From: Promethearchaeum syntrophicum
GTDB lineage: Archaea > Asgardarchaeota > Lokiarchaeia > Sigyniarchaeales > Promethearchaeaceae
Assembly (NCBI RefSeq): GCF_008000775.2
Contig: NZ_CP042905.2
Span: forward strand, 2,400,001 to 2,432,000
Direction: 5' to 3'
DNA: 32,000 nt
Part shown: positions 16,371-26,076 of the stretch, in pieces
Numbering within the stretch: position 1 is the first letter of the stretch
How the letters are laid out: every line of letters begins with the position of its first letter
Translations under genes and position numbers: made by a program
Notes under the pieces: model-generated
The model's database searches: none
Seen by the model: the letters and a program-made list of their open reading frames with translations, nothing else
What the model was told of the DNA's origin: nothing

Positions 16371-17519
16371 TTAATGGATGTGTTCAAATTTTGCTTTGGT
16401 TAGAATTTCAACTTTTCCATTTCGAATCATCACATCGTTTTCTATCCGAAAACCACCTTCTCCAGCAACATATGCTCCTGGTTCGATAGTAAAGACCATC
16501 CCTTCAGTTACTTTAATTTCTCGCCAATATTTCAGGCGAACAGGATCAGAAGGTTTTACACCTAAATATGGAAAATCATGTTCAGAAAGCCCAATTCCAT
16601 GACCTAATGCATAATTCATTGTATAACCTTCCGCTTCTAGTATTTTTTTAGCAGTTTCTGCAATTTTATAAAGTGGAACCCCAATATCAATGGCTTCTAT
16701 TGAAGCTTCATAGGCTTTTTCAGCAGTTTCAATCATTTTTTCTTGTGTTTGAGATAATTCTCCAAAAGCGAATGGTTGGGTAACATCACTGCAATATCCA
16801 TTCATTTTAGCTCCGTAATCGATAATAGATAATCCTTGCTTTGCAAATTTCGCATTGGAAGAATATGGGTGACAGTGAAGTTGATGTCCACGATCAGAAT
16901 TAGCTACTAAAGAAGGAAATGAGTTATCTTCAGCCCCTAATTCACGCATACGTTTCATAACTAGGAAAGAAAGGTCATTTTCTGATTCTTCGGTAGCGTT
17001 GTTAGCAAATTTAATAATATCCTTTAGAACTTCATCACTTAATTTTGTAACCTCAATTAACCTATCCAGTTCAAACGATGATTTAGTTGACCTAATATCG
17101 GAAAATATTTGTTCAAGATGCTTTGGTTCGTTATAAATTTTAGCTTCAGGCATATACTGCTCTATTGATTTCACACTTCGATAGGGAATAATTGGGAGTA
17201 CTCCGATTACTGGTGTTGTTTTTGAAATTTTACTCGAAATGAAATCTTTCAAAGCTAAATAAGATGAACGTTTAAATTTTGTCGCATCAATAACTTCATC
17301 TACTTGAGCATGCTCTTTTGCTAATAGAAGATCCCATGGGATAAGACAATTTTCTCCAGTCGAGGTAAGCGCATATAAGGCATCATTTGGGTGACCAGAG
17401 AGATATTGTAAATTAACATCTCGTGACGTTTCAGAATCGTCAATCAGTAATAAATCGATTTGGTTTTCCTGCAAAAAGGAAAGTAATTGATTAAATTTTT
17501 CATCAGATATAGAGCGCAT
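16371..17519 (-). CDS. M24-family Xaa-Pro aminopeptidase/dipeptidase
   Basis: Creatinase-like N-terminal domain plus a pita-bread domain with 'IIDYGAKMNGYCSDVT', 'GHGIGLSEHDFP', 'FTIEPGAY' and 'RIENDV' (metal-ligand positions). Confidence 0.85.
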   Translation of the reverse strand: MRSISDEKFNQLLSFLQENQIDLLLIDDSETSRDVNLQYLSGHPNDALYALTSTGENCLIPWDLLLAKEHAQVDEVIDATKFKRSSYLALKDFISSKISKTTPVIGVLPIIPYRSVKSIEQYMPEAKIYNEPKHLEQIFSDIRSTKSSFELDRLIEVTKLSDEVLKDIIKFANNATEESENDLSFLVMKRMRELGAEDNSFPSLVANSDRGHQLHCHPYSSNAKFAKQGLSIIDYGAKMNGYCSDVTQPFAFGELSQTQEKMIETAEKAYEASIEAIDIGVPLYKIAETAKKILEAEGYTMNYALGHGIGLSEHDFPYLGVKPSDPVRLKYWREIKVTEGMVFTIEPGAYVAGEGGFRIENDVMIRNGKVEILTKAKFEHIH

Positions 17520-17575
17520 GGTACACTTGAATTTTAGAATCTATAAATAAATTTTGAAAAAAAAAACTCGTGAGC

Positions 17576-18430
17576 TCATTTTTCATATTTCTTTGGTCTA
17601 AAATCACCTAATGGACCGTGCCATCGAAATTTTCCTATAGTTTTTTTTCCAATTTGAACTGCTTCTGCTGGACATTGGTGAATGCATCTCAGACACATAA
17701 TACACTGGTCACCAAAAACAATTTTCCTATCAATAATAGAAATATTTTGAACAGGGCAATTTTTCACACATAATTCACAGAGGGTGCAATCTTCTGATGC
17801 TTTGAATTTCTTTTTCATAAACTTAACCATAATAAGATATATCAAATGGAAAGGTGGACCGATAATTGTAGAAGCTATTTTAAATGGAGGTTTTATTGAT
17901 ATCTCTTCTAATTTTTCACCAGATGATAATTTTTCAGCAATTTCTATTATTCGGGAAGTGAACTTATCGACTTTTAGTAAATTTTTATAATCCTTTTCTA
18001 ATGCTTTTTTTACATATTTAGAATTCTTATTCAACATGGCAAGACCATCTGTTCCAGGCATGATTATACTCATAGATCCTAATAATTTATATCCGTTTTT
18101 CTTAAAAGGTTTGTAAATTTTCCTAATAGCATTACCTTCCCATAATCCCATTGTACAAAAAATAAAAACTCCTTTATTTTGAATAGGGGATAGTTTTGCG
18201 AGAAAATTTCTTACAATTACTGGAGAATTTAATTCAAAAACTGGAAATCCAAAGCAAATAATATCATATTCCATAATTTCATCGGGAGAACAATTTTCAA
18301 TAGATAGAAGTGATATGTCTATTATTGGAGAGTTAAATTTTAGTTTTTTTTTTAGATATCGTGCAATGTAATCCGTATTTCCTGTTCCACTAAAATATAG
18401 AATCAGTAATCTCATATCTTTGTTCATCAT
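17576..18430 (-). CDS. Flavodoxin-domain / 2x[4Fe-4S] ferredoxin fusion (EFR1-type)
   Basis: 'LILYFSGTGNTDYIARYL' flavodoxin-like N-terminus. The C-terminus carries 'CTLCELCVKNCP' and 'CIMCLRCIHQCP'. Confidence 0.8.
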   Translation of the reverse strand: MMNKDMRLLILYFSGTGNTDYIARYLKKKLKFNSPIIDISLLSIENCSPDEIMEYDIICFGFPVFELNSPVIVRNFLAKLSPIQNKGVFIFCTMGLWEGNAIRKIYKPFKKNGYKLLGSMSIIMPGTDGLAMLNKNSKYVKKALEKDYKNLLKVDKFTSRIIEIAEKLSSGEKLEEISIKPPFKIASTIIGPPFHLIYLIMVKFMKKKFKASEDCTLCELCVKNCPVQNISIIDRKIVFGDQCIMCLRCIHQCPAEAVQIGKKTIGKFRWHGPLGDFRPKKYEK

Positions 18431-18529
18431 TAATTTGTTAGGGATAAAATTTAAAGTGATTTATATTCTTTTGAGAAAATTAAGATAGAATTCAAAAAAA
18501 TGAGTACAAAAAAAAAATAAAAAATTATA

Positions 18530-19246
18530 TTATTTCTTGGCTCCCCGAGTTATTATAAGTAAAAATGTAAAGAATATCACTCCAAATAACACAAGGAAAA
18601 CCCATATTAATGCTGGATCAGGCGCCCAAATGAATGCAAGGTATGTAAATGGGAGCAAGAATACAACAGTAAGAATAACCAAAGCAGCTAGAGTAACCTT
18701 GGCATCTTTCAAATCTAAAACTATCGGGACTATTATAGCAATGGTTAATACAGTAACCAGAATCTTATAGGTTAAAATAATCCCCAATAAAGGAGCATCT
18801 GCTGCTAAAGGATCCAAAAGTGGAATATAAAAGAAATTCCAAATAGCGTCTGCTCCTTCATTCATGTTATTATTCACCCCTTGTAATGAAGGTAATACCG
18901 CTGAAAGGATCAAATTTATTACAATTCCAATAATCAACATCAATGCAACATCATCTGCATCTTTGAATCCTTTTTCTTTATCTTTTATGAAAATATCACG
19001 TATTACGGCAAGTAACCAAAAGATTGCTAGTACCATCATCGATCCGGTTAATCCAAATTCATATAATTCTTTCTTTGTCACTGCATACCAAAGATAATTA
19101 GTTGGTAAAAGAGCAGCGATATACGCGATTGAACCATATTTATCTCCTCGTTTAAAAAGATCATAAAATAAGAACACCAAGTAGATAAGAGTGAAGGATA
19201 TCAACAAAATAAGGTCGGCTAAGTCTATGGGTAACTGATTTAACAT
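18530..19246 (-). CDS. Polytopic (about 7 TM) membrane protein of unknown function
   Basis: 238-aa ORF with seven hydrophobic stretches. No catalytic or transport motif recognised. Confidence 0.6.
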   Translation of the reverse strand: MLNQLPIDLADLILLISFTLIYLVFLFYDLFKRGDKYGSIAYIAALLPTNYLWYAVTKKELYEFGLTGSMMVLAIFWLLAVIRDIFIKDKEKGFKDADDVALMLIIGIVINLILSAVLPSLQGVNNNMNEGADAIWNFFYIPLLDPLAADAPLLGIILTYKILVTVLTIAIIVPIVLDLKDAKVTLAALVILTVVFLLPFTYLAFIWAPDPALIWVFLVLFGVIFFTFLLIITRGAKK

Positions 19247-19390
19247 ATTTATTCACATTTTTTTAATTTAATTTAGAGTTATTAAAAATATGTTATTTTC
19301 GGATATTTTAAATATTTTAGGTCTGATTCTTAGCAACAGAAAATTTTTTTCAAAACTTTTAAACCCATTTAAAGATAAATTCATATATTC

Positions 19391-20005
19391 ATGGATGTAA
19401 AACGAGAAATTATTGGATTAAGAATTTTCACGGGATCTTTTCTTGCTGAAGTTGAAAAAATCTTTGGAACTGCAACTATAAAAGCGATTTTAAACAGATT
19501 AGGTCAAAAACCCGCTGAAATCGTAGCAGAGCATATGTTAGAAAAATATGAAAAAACTGTGAAAAAACCATTTGAAAATATTGGAGCTGTTTATACAATT
19601 TTTGAAAATACCATAACTCAATTATACGATTCAGAAATTATTTCTCAAGAAGATTTTGAAGATAAATTTATCATTCGGATAAAAAATGTTTGTGCTTTTA
19701 GACATTCTATAAGGGTTCGCGATGATCTATCCTATGGAGGAACTCTCTGTGAATTCACGATTGGATATTTTGAAACAGCATTAAAAATGCTAACAGGACT
19801 CAAAGTTGAATATCAATACTTGAAAAAAGAATCAACCGATGATCATTGTGTTATCGATTTAGTATTTTGGAAGAAAAAAAAACCAGAAGAGATCTTAGAG
19901 ATTAAAGAACCCTCAGAATCAGAAGAACTTTCCAAGATTGAAGATTCTACTGAAAGTAAAGACCTAAACGAAGCAAATAAAATAAATAATAAAAATGAGA
20001 GTTAA
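19391..20005 (+). CDS. V4R (4-vinyl reductase-like) domain protein with an acidic C-terminal tail
   Basis: 'GGTLCEFTIGYFETALKMLTGLKVEYQYLKKESTDDHCVIDLVF' resembles the V4R C-terminal pattern (C.f..Gy..G.....g..v.v.E..C...G...C.f.v). The functional call is tentative. Confidence 0.5.
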   Translation: MDVKREIIGLRIFTGSFLAEVEKIFGTATIKAILNRLGQKPAEIVAEHMLEKYEKTVKKPFENIGAVYTIFENTITQLYDSEIISQEDFEDKFIIRIKNVCAFRHSIRVRDDLSYGGTLCEFTIGYFETALKMLTGLKVEYQYLKKESTDDHCVIDLVFWKKKKPEEILEIKEPSESEELSKIEDSTESKDLNEANKINNKNES

Positions 20006-20060
20006 GAAAATCATAAAGCATTTAAAATGCTTATTATATTAAGTTTTAAAGAGAAATTTT

Positions 20061-21011
20061 GTGAATCAGATGTTACCCAGCACTTTTTACGATTTCCCAA
20101 TTGGAGATTTAGATAAATCATTTCGTTTTGCTATTATTGGAATTCCATGGGATGGAAATTCTACACATGTTATTGGAAATACCAGAAATGCTCCCAGTGA
20201 ACTCAGAACTTTAACAACATTTTTAGGTAGAGCGACCGAAAATGGAAATAACATCATGGATTTTAACGCAGTGGATTTTGGGGATGTTTCAGTCTATCCA
20301 TCATTACCCGATTTGACACGTGACAATATTTCCATAATGATAAAAGAATTAATCCCATGGAACAAACCTTATCCCATTCCCATTATGATTGGAGGGGATC
20401 ATTATTGTTCATATCCAGTTATCAAAGCATTAAATGAGAAACGCTCAGAATTAAAGCAAGAGAAGTTCGGCGTTTTAATTTTTGATGCTCATTTGGATTA
20501 TTATGATAAATGGCTAGATGTAGAAGAACATTTTCACTGTACCGTATCCAAGCGAATATCAGAAATACCAAATATTTCAGCAGAAAATATGGCAATTGTG
20601 GGTGTTAGGGATTTGGATACAATAGAAATTGAAGAAGCAAAGAAAGACAATCTATTTTTTATCCCATCATATAAATTCTCTCCAAAAGGCGCTTCCAGTG
20701 GAATAGAGGAGCAAGTAGTAACGATTATAAATCATTTTCGTAAACAAAAAATATCACATCTTTATATTTCAATTGATATCGATAGCATTGATGGAGCTTT
20801 AGCACCGGGCACCCCTTACGCAATACCTGGAGGGTTTAAATATCGTGAGCTTTGGTATATGCTTCAAAAAATTATTGAACAGTTTGAAATTGTAGGTTTA
20901 GATGTAGTAGAAGTCGCTCCCGATCTAGATACATCTTCCAAAATTACTCAAATTACTGCAATTAAATTAATTACGGAATTAATGGGATTTATAACTCAAA
21001 AAATTAAGTGA
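20061..21011 (+). CDS. speB: Agmatinase (ureohydrolase/arginase family)
   Basis: Mn-ligand motifs 'GGDHYCSYP', 'FDAHLDYYD' and 'SIDIDSIDGALAPGT', plus 'GLDVVEVAP'. The track start is a GTG; an in-frame ATG lies at 20070. Confidence 0.85.
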   Translation: MNQMLPSTFYDFPIGDLDKSFRFAIIGIPWDGNSTHVIGNTRNAPSELRTLTTFLGRATENGNNIMDFNAVDFGDVSVYPSLPDLTRDNISIMIKELIPWNKPYPIPIMIGGDHYCSYPVIKALNEKRSELKQEKFGVLIFDAHLDYYDKWLDVEEHFHCTVSKRISEIPNISAENMAIVGVRDLDTIEIEEAKKDNLFFIPSYKFSPKGASSGIEEQVVTIINHFRKQKISHLYISIDIDSIDGALAPGTPYAIPGGFKYRELWYMLQKIIEQFEIVGLDVVEVAPDLDTSSKITQITAIKLITELMGFITQKIK

Positions 21012-21021
21012 GTCTAAAAAA

Positions 21022-21984
21022 ATGAAAGAAATCGAAGACACAAAGAATTATCGCCCTATTGAGCAAATTGATGTTTCTGCAAGCCAAGATATTGTAGAAT
21101 TAATGGATAAATTTAATAATATGGGATTTAATGCTAAAAGATTAGCACAAGCTTGTCAGATATATGAAAATATGTGTAAAGAAAAAGAATGCGTTAAATT
21201 TTTCTCCTTATCGGGAGCACTAGTTCCTGTTGGATTACAGAAAGTAATTTATGATTTTATTAAGGAAGGTTTTATTGATGTTCTAGTCACTACTGGTGCA
21301 AATTTAACTCATGATGTTGGAGAAGCTTTAGGAGACCATCATTTACAAGGATTTTCTTCAGATGATATAAAAATTGATTCACATCTACATGAAGAACACC
21401 TTAATCGAATTTTTGATGTATTTATGCCCAATAAAATCTATGAAAACATGGAAGATTGGATTCATTCCTTTAAAATTGATCATAAAGCTTCCGTAAAGGA
21501 AACTCTATGGGCATTGGGGGCAAAATTACCTAAAGAGAGTCATTCGATTCTTCAAATTTGTTCAGAGAAAAAAATCCCGATTTATTGCCCCGCTTTTACT
21601 GATTCAGGTTTGGGTATGCAATTATCTTTCGCCTATCCTAGTATGAACCTTAATCAATTTGAAGATTTGCAAGAAATGATAAATAAAGCATGGGATACAA
21701 AAGTTGCGGGAGTGTTTATTGCAGGAGGGGGAGTCCCTAAGAATTTTATTTTTCAAGCGCTCCAGTTTTCACCAAATTCAGGAAAATATGTTGTACAAGT
21801 TACCACCGATGCTCAAGTCTCTGCGGGTGGTTTATCGTCTGCATCGTTAAGTGAAGCAATATCATGGGGAAAAGTAGCAGCTAATGGTAAAAGTGAGACT
21901 GTGCAAGTTCATATGGATTGTACTATTGCACTTCCTATAATACTAGCTTTTTTAAAACAAAAAAAACAACTAGGAATAATTTAG
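21022..21984 (+). CDS. dys: Deoxyhypusine synthase
   Basis: 'LSGALVPVGL', 'LVTTGANLTHD', 'FTDSGLG' and 'SLSEAISWGK' (the catalytic Lys region) fit the DHS family. Length is 320 aa. Confidence 0.9.
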   Translation: MKEIEDTKNYRPIEQIDVSASQDIVELMDKFNNMGFNAKRLAQACQIYENMCKEKECVKFFSLSGALVPVGLQKVIYDFIKEGFIDVLVTTGANLTHDVGEALGDHHLQGFSSDDIKIDSHLHEEHLNRIFDVFMPNKIYENMEDWIHSFKIDHKASVKETLWALGAKLPKESHSILQICSEKKIPIYCPAFTDSGLGMQLSFAYPSMNLNQFEDLQEMINKAWDTKVAGVFIAGGGVPKNFIFQALQFSPNSGKYVVQVTTDAQVSAGGLSSASLSEAISWGKVAANGKSETVQVHMDCTIALPIILAFLKQKKQLGII

Positions 21985-21996
21985 AGGAATAAAAAA

Positions 21997-23184
21997 ATGA
22001 AATATCGAAAAATGGGATCTTTGGATTGGGAAGTTTCCGCTTTGGGCTTTGGAGCTATGCGCCTTCCAATGCTCAAAGAAGGTGACACTGAAAAAGTCGA
22101 TGTTCAAGAAGCAATTAGAATAATAAGATATGGAATTGATAATGGAATAAATTATGTTGATACTGCTTGGCCATATCATGGAGGAGAAAGTGAAAAAATT
22201 GTTGGACAAGCATTAAAAGATGGATACAGAGAAAAAGTAAAATTGGTTTCTAAGCTTCCAATGTGGGAAGTTAATAAAGCTGAAGATTTCGATATATTTC
22301 TTTCGAAACAACTTGAAAAATTGCAAACTGATCATTTAGATATCTATCTCTTTCATGGTTTGACGAAGAACCGATTTAAAAAATTAAAAAATCTCAATTT
22401 AATCGAAAAAATGGAACAAGCTCGTGAAAAAGGTCTCATTCACCATATTGGATTTTCGTTTCATGATACGAGAGAGGTATTTAAAGAAATAATTGATTTC
22501 TATCACTGGGATATGGCTCAAATTCAACATAATTATATTGATATTGAATATCAAGCCTCAATTGAGGGATTGCAATATGCAGCTAATAAGGGGATTGCAG
22601 TTGTTATTATGGAACCCATTAAAGGGGGTAAATTAGCTAATCCTACACCTGGAGTTACAGAAATTTTAGAAAAATCTGCTATTAAACGATCACCAGTTGA
22701 TTGGGCACTTCAATTTTTATGGAATAAAAAAGAAGTTTCTGTTGTTCTTAGTGGAATGGGGTCCTATCAAATGGTTAAAGAAAATGTCAAGAGTGCAAGT
22801 AATTCTGGAATTGGTCTATTAACTCCTTCAGAAAAAGAAACTCTTAAACAGCTAGCAGTTGCATTTCGAAAAGTTCTTAAAATTCCTTGTACAACTTGTG
22901 GTTATTGCCTTCCTTGTCCAAATGGAGTAAATATTCCCGGAAGCTTAGGATACATTAATGAATTAGCATGGGGACGGAAAAGAAAAGAGCTGGAAACTTG
23001 GTATAACTTTATGGCAAAAACTGAAGAAGAACTGAAAGAGAGACCAAATGAAGGTAATGCAAGTTTTTGTATAAAATGTGGAGAATGCCTTGAAAAATGT
23101 CCTCAATCGATTGATATTCCAACAGAATTAGAAAAAATAAATGAAATCTTTGGTAATGGAAAAACCTTTGAAGAATTTTATTAA
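21997..23184 (+). CDS. Aldo/keto reductase with a C-terminal Fe-S cluster domain (COG1453-type oxidoreductase)
   Basis: The N-terminus 'LGFGAMRLP', 'GINYVDTAWPYHGGESE' and 'LDIYLFHG' are AKR motifs. The C-terminus carries 'CTTCGYCLPCP' and 'CIKCGECLEKCP'. Confidence 0.85.
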   Translation: MKYRKMGSLDWEVSALGFGAMRLPMLKEGDTEKVDVQEAIRIIRYGIDNGINYVDTAWPYHGGESEKIVGQALKDGYREKVKLVSKLPMWEVNKAEDFDIFLSKQLEKLQTDHLDIYLFHGLTKNRFKKLKNLNLIEKMEQAREKGLIHHIGFSFHDTREVFKEIIDFYHWDMAQIQHNYIDIEYQASIEGLQYAANKGIAVVIMEPIKGGKLANPTPGVTEILEKSAIKRSPVDWALQFLWNKKEVSVVLSGMGSYQMVKENVKSASNSGIGLLTPSEKETLKQLAVAFRKVLKIPCTTCGYCLPCPNGVNIPGSLGYINELAWGRKRKELETWYNFMAKTEEELKERPNEGNASFCIKCGECLEKCPQSIDIPTELEKINEIFGNGKTFEEFY

Positions 23185-23253
23185 AGATTAAGATCAAATA
23201 TCCTATAAAAAATAATAAAAAAGATTTAAGGTTCCACAAATTTCAACAAAATA

Positions 23254-24066
23254 ATGAAGATCGGAATAATTTATCATAGCGGGACAGGTACAACTGCAAG
23301 ATTAGCCCAAGAAATAAAATCTGGATTTGAAGAAAAAGGAAATGCAGTACAAATTTTTCGCATCCCAAAATTCAGAATCGAAGATATTGAAGATTTTGAT
23401 ATTCTTGGGATTGGCACTCCAACAATGGGATTTCGAACTCCCAGTTTCGTCATGGATTTTATCAAATTATTTCCCACGAAAAATCAACCTTATTTTCTCT
23501 TTAATACTTGTTCAGGTACACTTGTGAATACGTTTTCACGGATCTATAGGCACCTAAAGAAGAAAAATTGGAAATTACTTGATGTTCTGAGTTTAAAGGG
23601 CCAAGGTACAACAAATATTAAAGCATGGAGACCTAAAATCACCGAAGAACTTTCCAAAATGGATGGGATTGCAGAAAGTGAATTTGAAAAAGCTAAACAA
23701 TTTACTTCATCAATTCTTGAGAATTATACTCAAATAATCCAAGAAAAAACATCTCCTGCAAAAACGGTCAAATTAAAATATTTAATGACTGTAATGTTCT
23801 TATTATCAGACAACCTGCTAGCTAAAGGTACCATAGGTAAAAAAGTAGTTAATTTGGAGAGATGCACCAAATGCGGTTTATGTGCAACGAAAATTTGCCC
23901 TTCTGGATGTATCACATTGAATTCGGAATCAATCCCAGAATTTAATGAAAAATTGTGTATTTCGTGTCAAGGTTGCGTGAATCTCTGTCCGGAGTTGGCA
24001 ATCACAGGAAAAGGAAAAAAAAATTACCCATACACTACCTACAATAAATATATTATTCAATCTTAA
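23254..24066 (+). CDS. Flavodoxin-domain / 2x[4Fe-4S] ferredoxin fusion (EFR1-type), paralogue of 17576-18430
   Basis: 'MKIGIIYHSGTGTTARLA' flavodoxin-like N-terminus, with 'CTKCGLCATKICP' and 'CISCQGCVNLCP' in the C-terminus. Confidence 0.8.
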   Translation: MKIGIIYHSGTGTTARLAQEIKSGFEEKGNAVQIFRIPKFRIEDIEDFDILGIGTPTMGFRTPSFVMDFIKLFPTKNQPYFLFNTCSGTLVNTFSRIYRHLKKKNWKLLDVLSLKGQGTTNIKAWRPKITEELSKMDGIAESEFEKAKQFTSSILENYTQIIQEKTSPAKTVKLKYLMTVMFLLSDNLLAKGTIGKKVVNLERCTKCGLCATKICPSGCITLNSESIPEFNEKLCISCQGCVNLCPELAITGKGKKNYPYTTYNKYIIQS

Positions 24067-24305
24067 ATTCTCTTTTTTTAATTAATAATCAACCTAATTT
24101 TTATTTAGACACCCATAACAAGTAAAGGCAATGTCTCGTATTTTGGGTTTCGCAGAATAAATTATGACAAATCAGCATGCTAAAGGATTTTCGTTATTTT
24201 CCATTGATAAATGACTTCTTAGTGAAATAAGTTGATGGAAGTTTATGGAGTCGGTAGGTAAGGAAAAATAGAAATTTTATTAATTTGAGAAAAAAATAAA
24301 AAAAA

Positions 24306-24327
24306 TCATGATTTTTCAAGTTAATCT
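24306..24327. repeat. IS terminal inverted repeat (left)
   Basis: Perfect 22-nt match to the reverse complement of 26055-26076. Confidence 0.9.
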
Positions 24328-25989
24328 TTTTTCATAAAATTGTGCTTGGACTTTACTAATTCCTAAAAATTTCAATGTTTTTTTTAACCAATTTTCACTT
24401 AAAACCTTCTTACGTCCATCATGCATAGATTTAAGCAACCGCCAATTTAGATTACTCGCTTCTTCCCAAATATCACTTTCTAATTCTTCATCTCTACAGA
24501 ATACAAAACGCAAATGGTAATCTCCTTCAGTAAGGATCAGCCTTCCCACTTGTTTCTTAGCACTACGACTGTAAAAATGCGATTTTTGGCGTCCAAAGGC
24601 TTGCTCTAAAGTATTATTTGTCAAAATCGGTTTTTCAAATTTACGATAACTGAATAGACCATTACGATAACTTTCCCACAATCTTAGCCACTCTCCCATT
24701 ATTTCCAAATATGTACTAGACGATCGCGGTAAATAGGCCCGCAAATTCGTTTTAACAAAATTTTGATCGGTTTCAAGTAGTTTTTGCTCCAAATTGACAA
24801 ATAATGTTGCCATGTTGTCCTCGATCTCTGATGAACTTACATTTTTTGCAAAGTATCCTGAATAAATTTCTTTGAAGATCTCAAAAAGTTCGTTACAATC
24901 AGAATAGAGAGAATATAATGAACTTAATGATTCTGTCCATTTTTCTCCCTCTCTACGATATATTTTGTGAATTCGATAGTTTTGAGGTACTTGACTCATG
25001 ATTTCAAACATTTGAGCTGTGTAATCGTCTAAATGTTCGAAAAATTTAATCCCCCTAAGTTGTTCAAATTTTTTGTTTCTGAAGCGTTTCATTTTTTTTA
25101 AATCAGCAATTATCGGAGAAAAAACCGTTTTTGGGGCAATTTTTCCATGTTCTTCAATATATATTGGGGAATTAGGACCTGTGTTCAAAAAATAGCTATT
25201 TTGTATTACTTGAGATAATCTTTTATGGAGTTTTCCATCAAGTAATTCCAAATGATTCCAAATATTATTCATAAAATGGTACCCACAGTATTGATGGGGT
25301 ATTTTGGGATAATATTTGGAGATGCAACTCGTTATATTGTTTTGTTTATCGCTAATAAATCCACTTATCTTCACAGAATAAAGAGAGATAATTTTTTCAA
25401 TCTCATCATGCAGAATATCTGCTGTTGCACTTTCTAGGTAAACCGTGGATAGTAATCGGTTCGAAATTAAATCAACAAAGAGCCACAATCCTGGACCCTC
25501 AACCAATGGATCCTCTCCATCTAAACCCATTAAAATGACTTTTTGTTTCTTTATAATTTCTAAAGTTTTTTGATCAATAGCTTCAGATTTGACTACAGTC
25601 ACCACATTAATCATTCTTCGGATTGTACTTTCAGAAATTTTCAATTTATATTCTGTTTGAAGCACATCTAAAATATATGCTGCCTTAAAATGTTTCTTCA
25701 AAGCGTAAAATGCTACCTTTTGTACAACATCTTTTCCATAATAGAAACCTTCAAATTCAAACCGAGATTGAGGATTAAATACAATATCGTGCATTTTACA
25801 ATTTGGATTAATGCAATGATAATAGATTGTGATTTGATTTATGTCTCCAGCAAGAGAATGCACGATTTTACCATTGTCTGCATATTTTTTGATTACTTTT
25901 TCCTGACAGACAGGACATTCTTTTGGTAAATTCTGGGGCCATTTTAGATAAACGGTACAATAATCCCCCGACTGAGCATGATATTTCAT
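24316..25989 (-). CDS. Transposase (probable DDE type) with an N-terminal Cys-rich zinc-finger region
   Basis: The N-terminus has 'CPVCQEK...HCINPNCKMH'. The central 'VILMGLDGEDP...LWLFVDL...ISGFISDKQNNITSCISKYYPKIPHQYCGYHFMNN' resembles the D...D...(C.H..N) layout of IS256/Mutator-like or ISLre2/ISKra4-like transposases. It is bounded by terminal IRs. Confidence 0.75.
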   Translation of the reverse strand: MKYHAQSGDYCTVYLKWPQNLPKECPVCQEKVIKKYADNGKIVHSLAGDINQITIYYHCINPNCKMHDIVFNPQSRFEFEGFYYGKDVVQKVAFYALKKHFKAAYILDVLQTEYKLKISESTIRRMINVVTVVKSEAIDQKTLEIIKKQKVILMGLDGEDPLVEGPGLWLFVDLISNRLLSTVYLESATADILHDEIEKIISLYSVKISGFISDKQNNITSCISKYYPKIPHQYCGYHFMNNIWNHLELLDGKLHKRLSQVIQNSYFLNTGPNSPIYIEEHGKIAPKTVFSPIIADLKKMKRFRNKKFEQLRGIKFFEHLDDYTAQMFEIMSQVPQNYRIHKIYRREGEKWTESLSSLYSLYSDCNELFEIFKEIYSGYFAKNVSSSEIEDNMATLFVNLEQKLLETDQNFVKTNLRAYLPRSSSTYLEIMGEWLRLWESYRNGLFSYRKFEKPILTNNTLEQAFGRQKSHFYSRSAKKQVGRLILTEGDYHLRFVFCRDEELESDIWEEASNLNWRLLKSMHDGRKKVLSENWLKKTLKFLGISKVQAQFYEKRLT

Positions 25990-26054
25990 TAATTTAACAA
26001 AAGAAAAAAAGTGATTTATAGTTTTTGTTTTGTTCCAATCTTTTTGTCGGATGG

Positions 26055-26076
26055 AGATTAACTTGAAAAATCATGA
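26055..26076. repeat. IS terminal inverted repeat (right)
   Basis: Perfect 22-nt match to the reverse complement of 24306-24327. Confidence 0.9.

Larger units (their letters stand above)
24306..26076 (-). mobile_element. Complete insertion sequence (1771 bp), one transposase gene, 22-bp perfect terminal inverted repeats; family unassigned
   Basis: 'TCATGATTTTTCAAGTTAATCT' at 24306-24327 is the exact reverse complement of 26055-26076. The single 557-aa ORF fills the element, and its stop codon lies inside the left IR. The flanks are A-rich, so a target-site duplication cannot be read unambiguously. Confidence 0.85.

Noticed and set aside
18530-19246. 7-TM protein considered as a possible microbial rhodopsin (schizorhodopsin or heliorhodopsin-like)
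   Set aside because: No Lys lies within the last TM helix (ALIWVFLVLFGVIFFTFLLII) to form a retinal Schiff base, and none of the rhodopsin helix-3 motifs are present.
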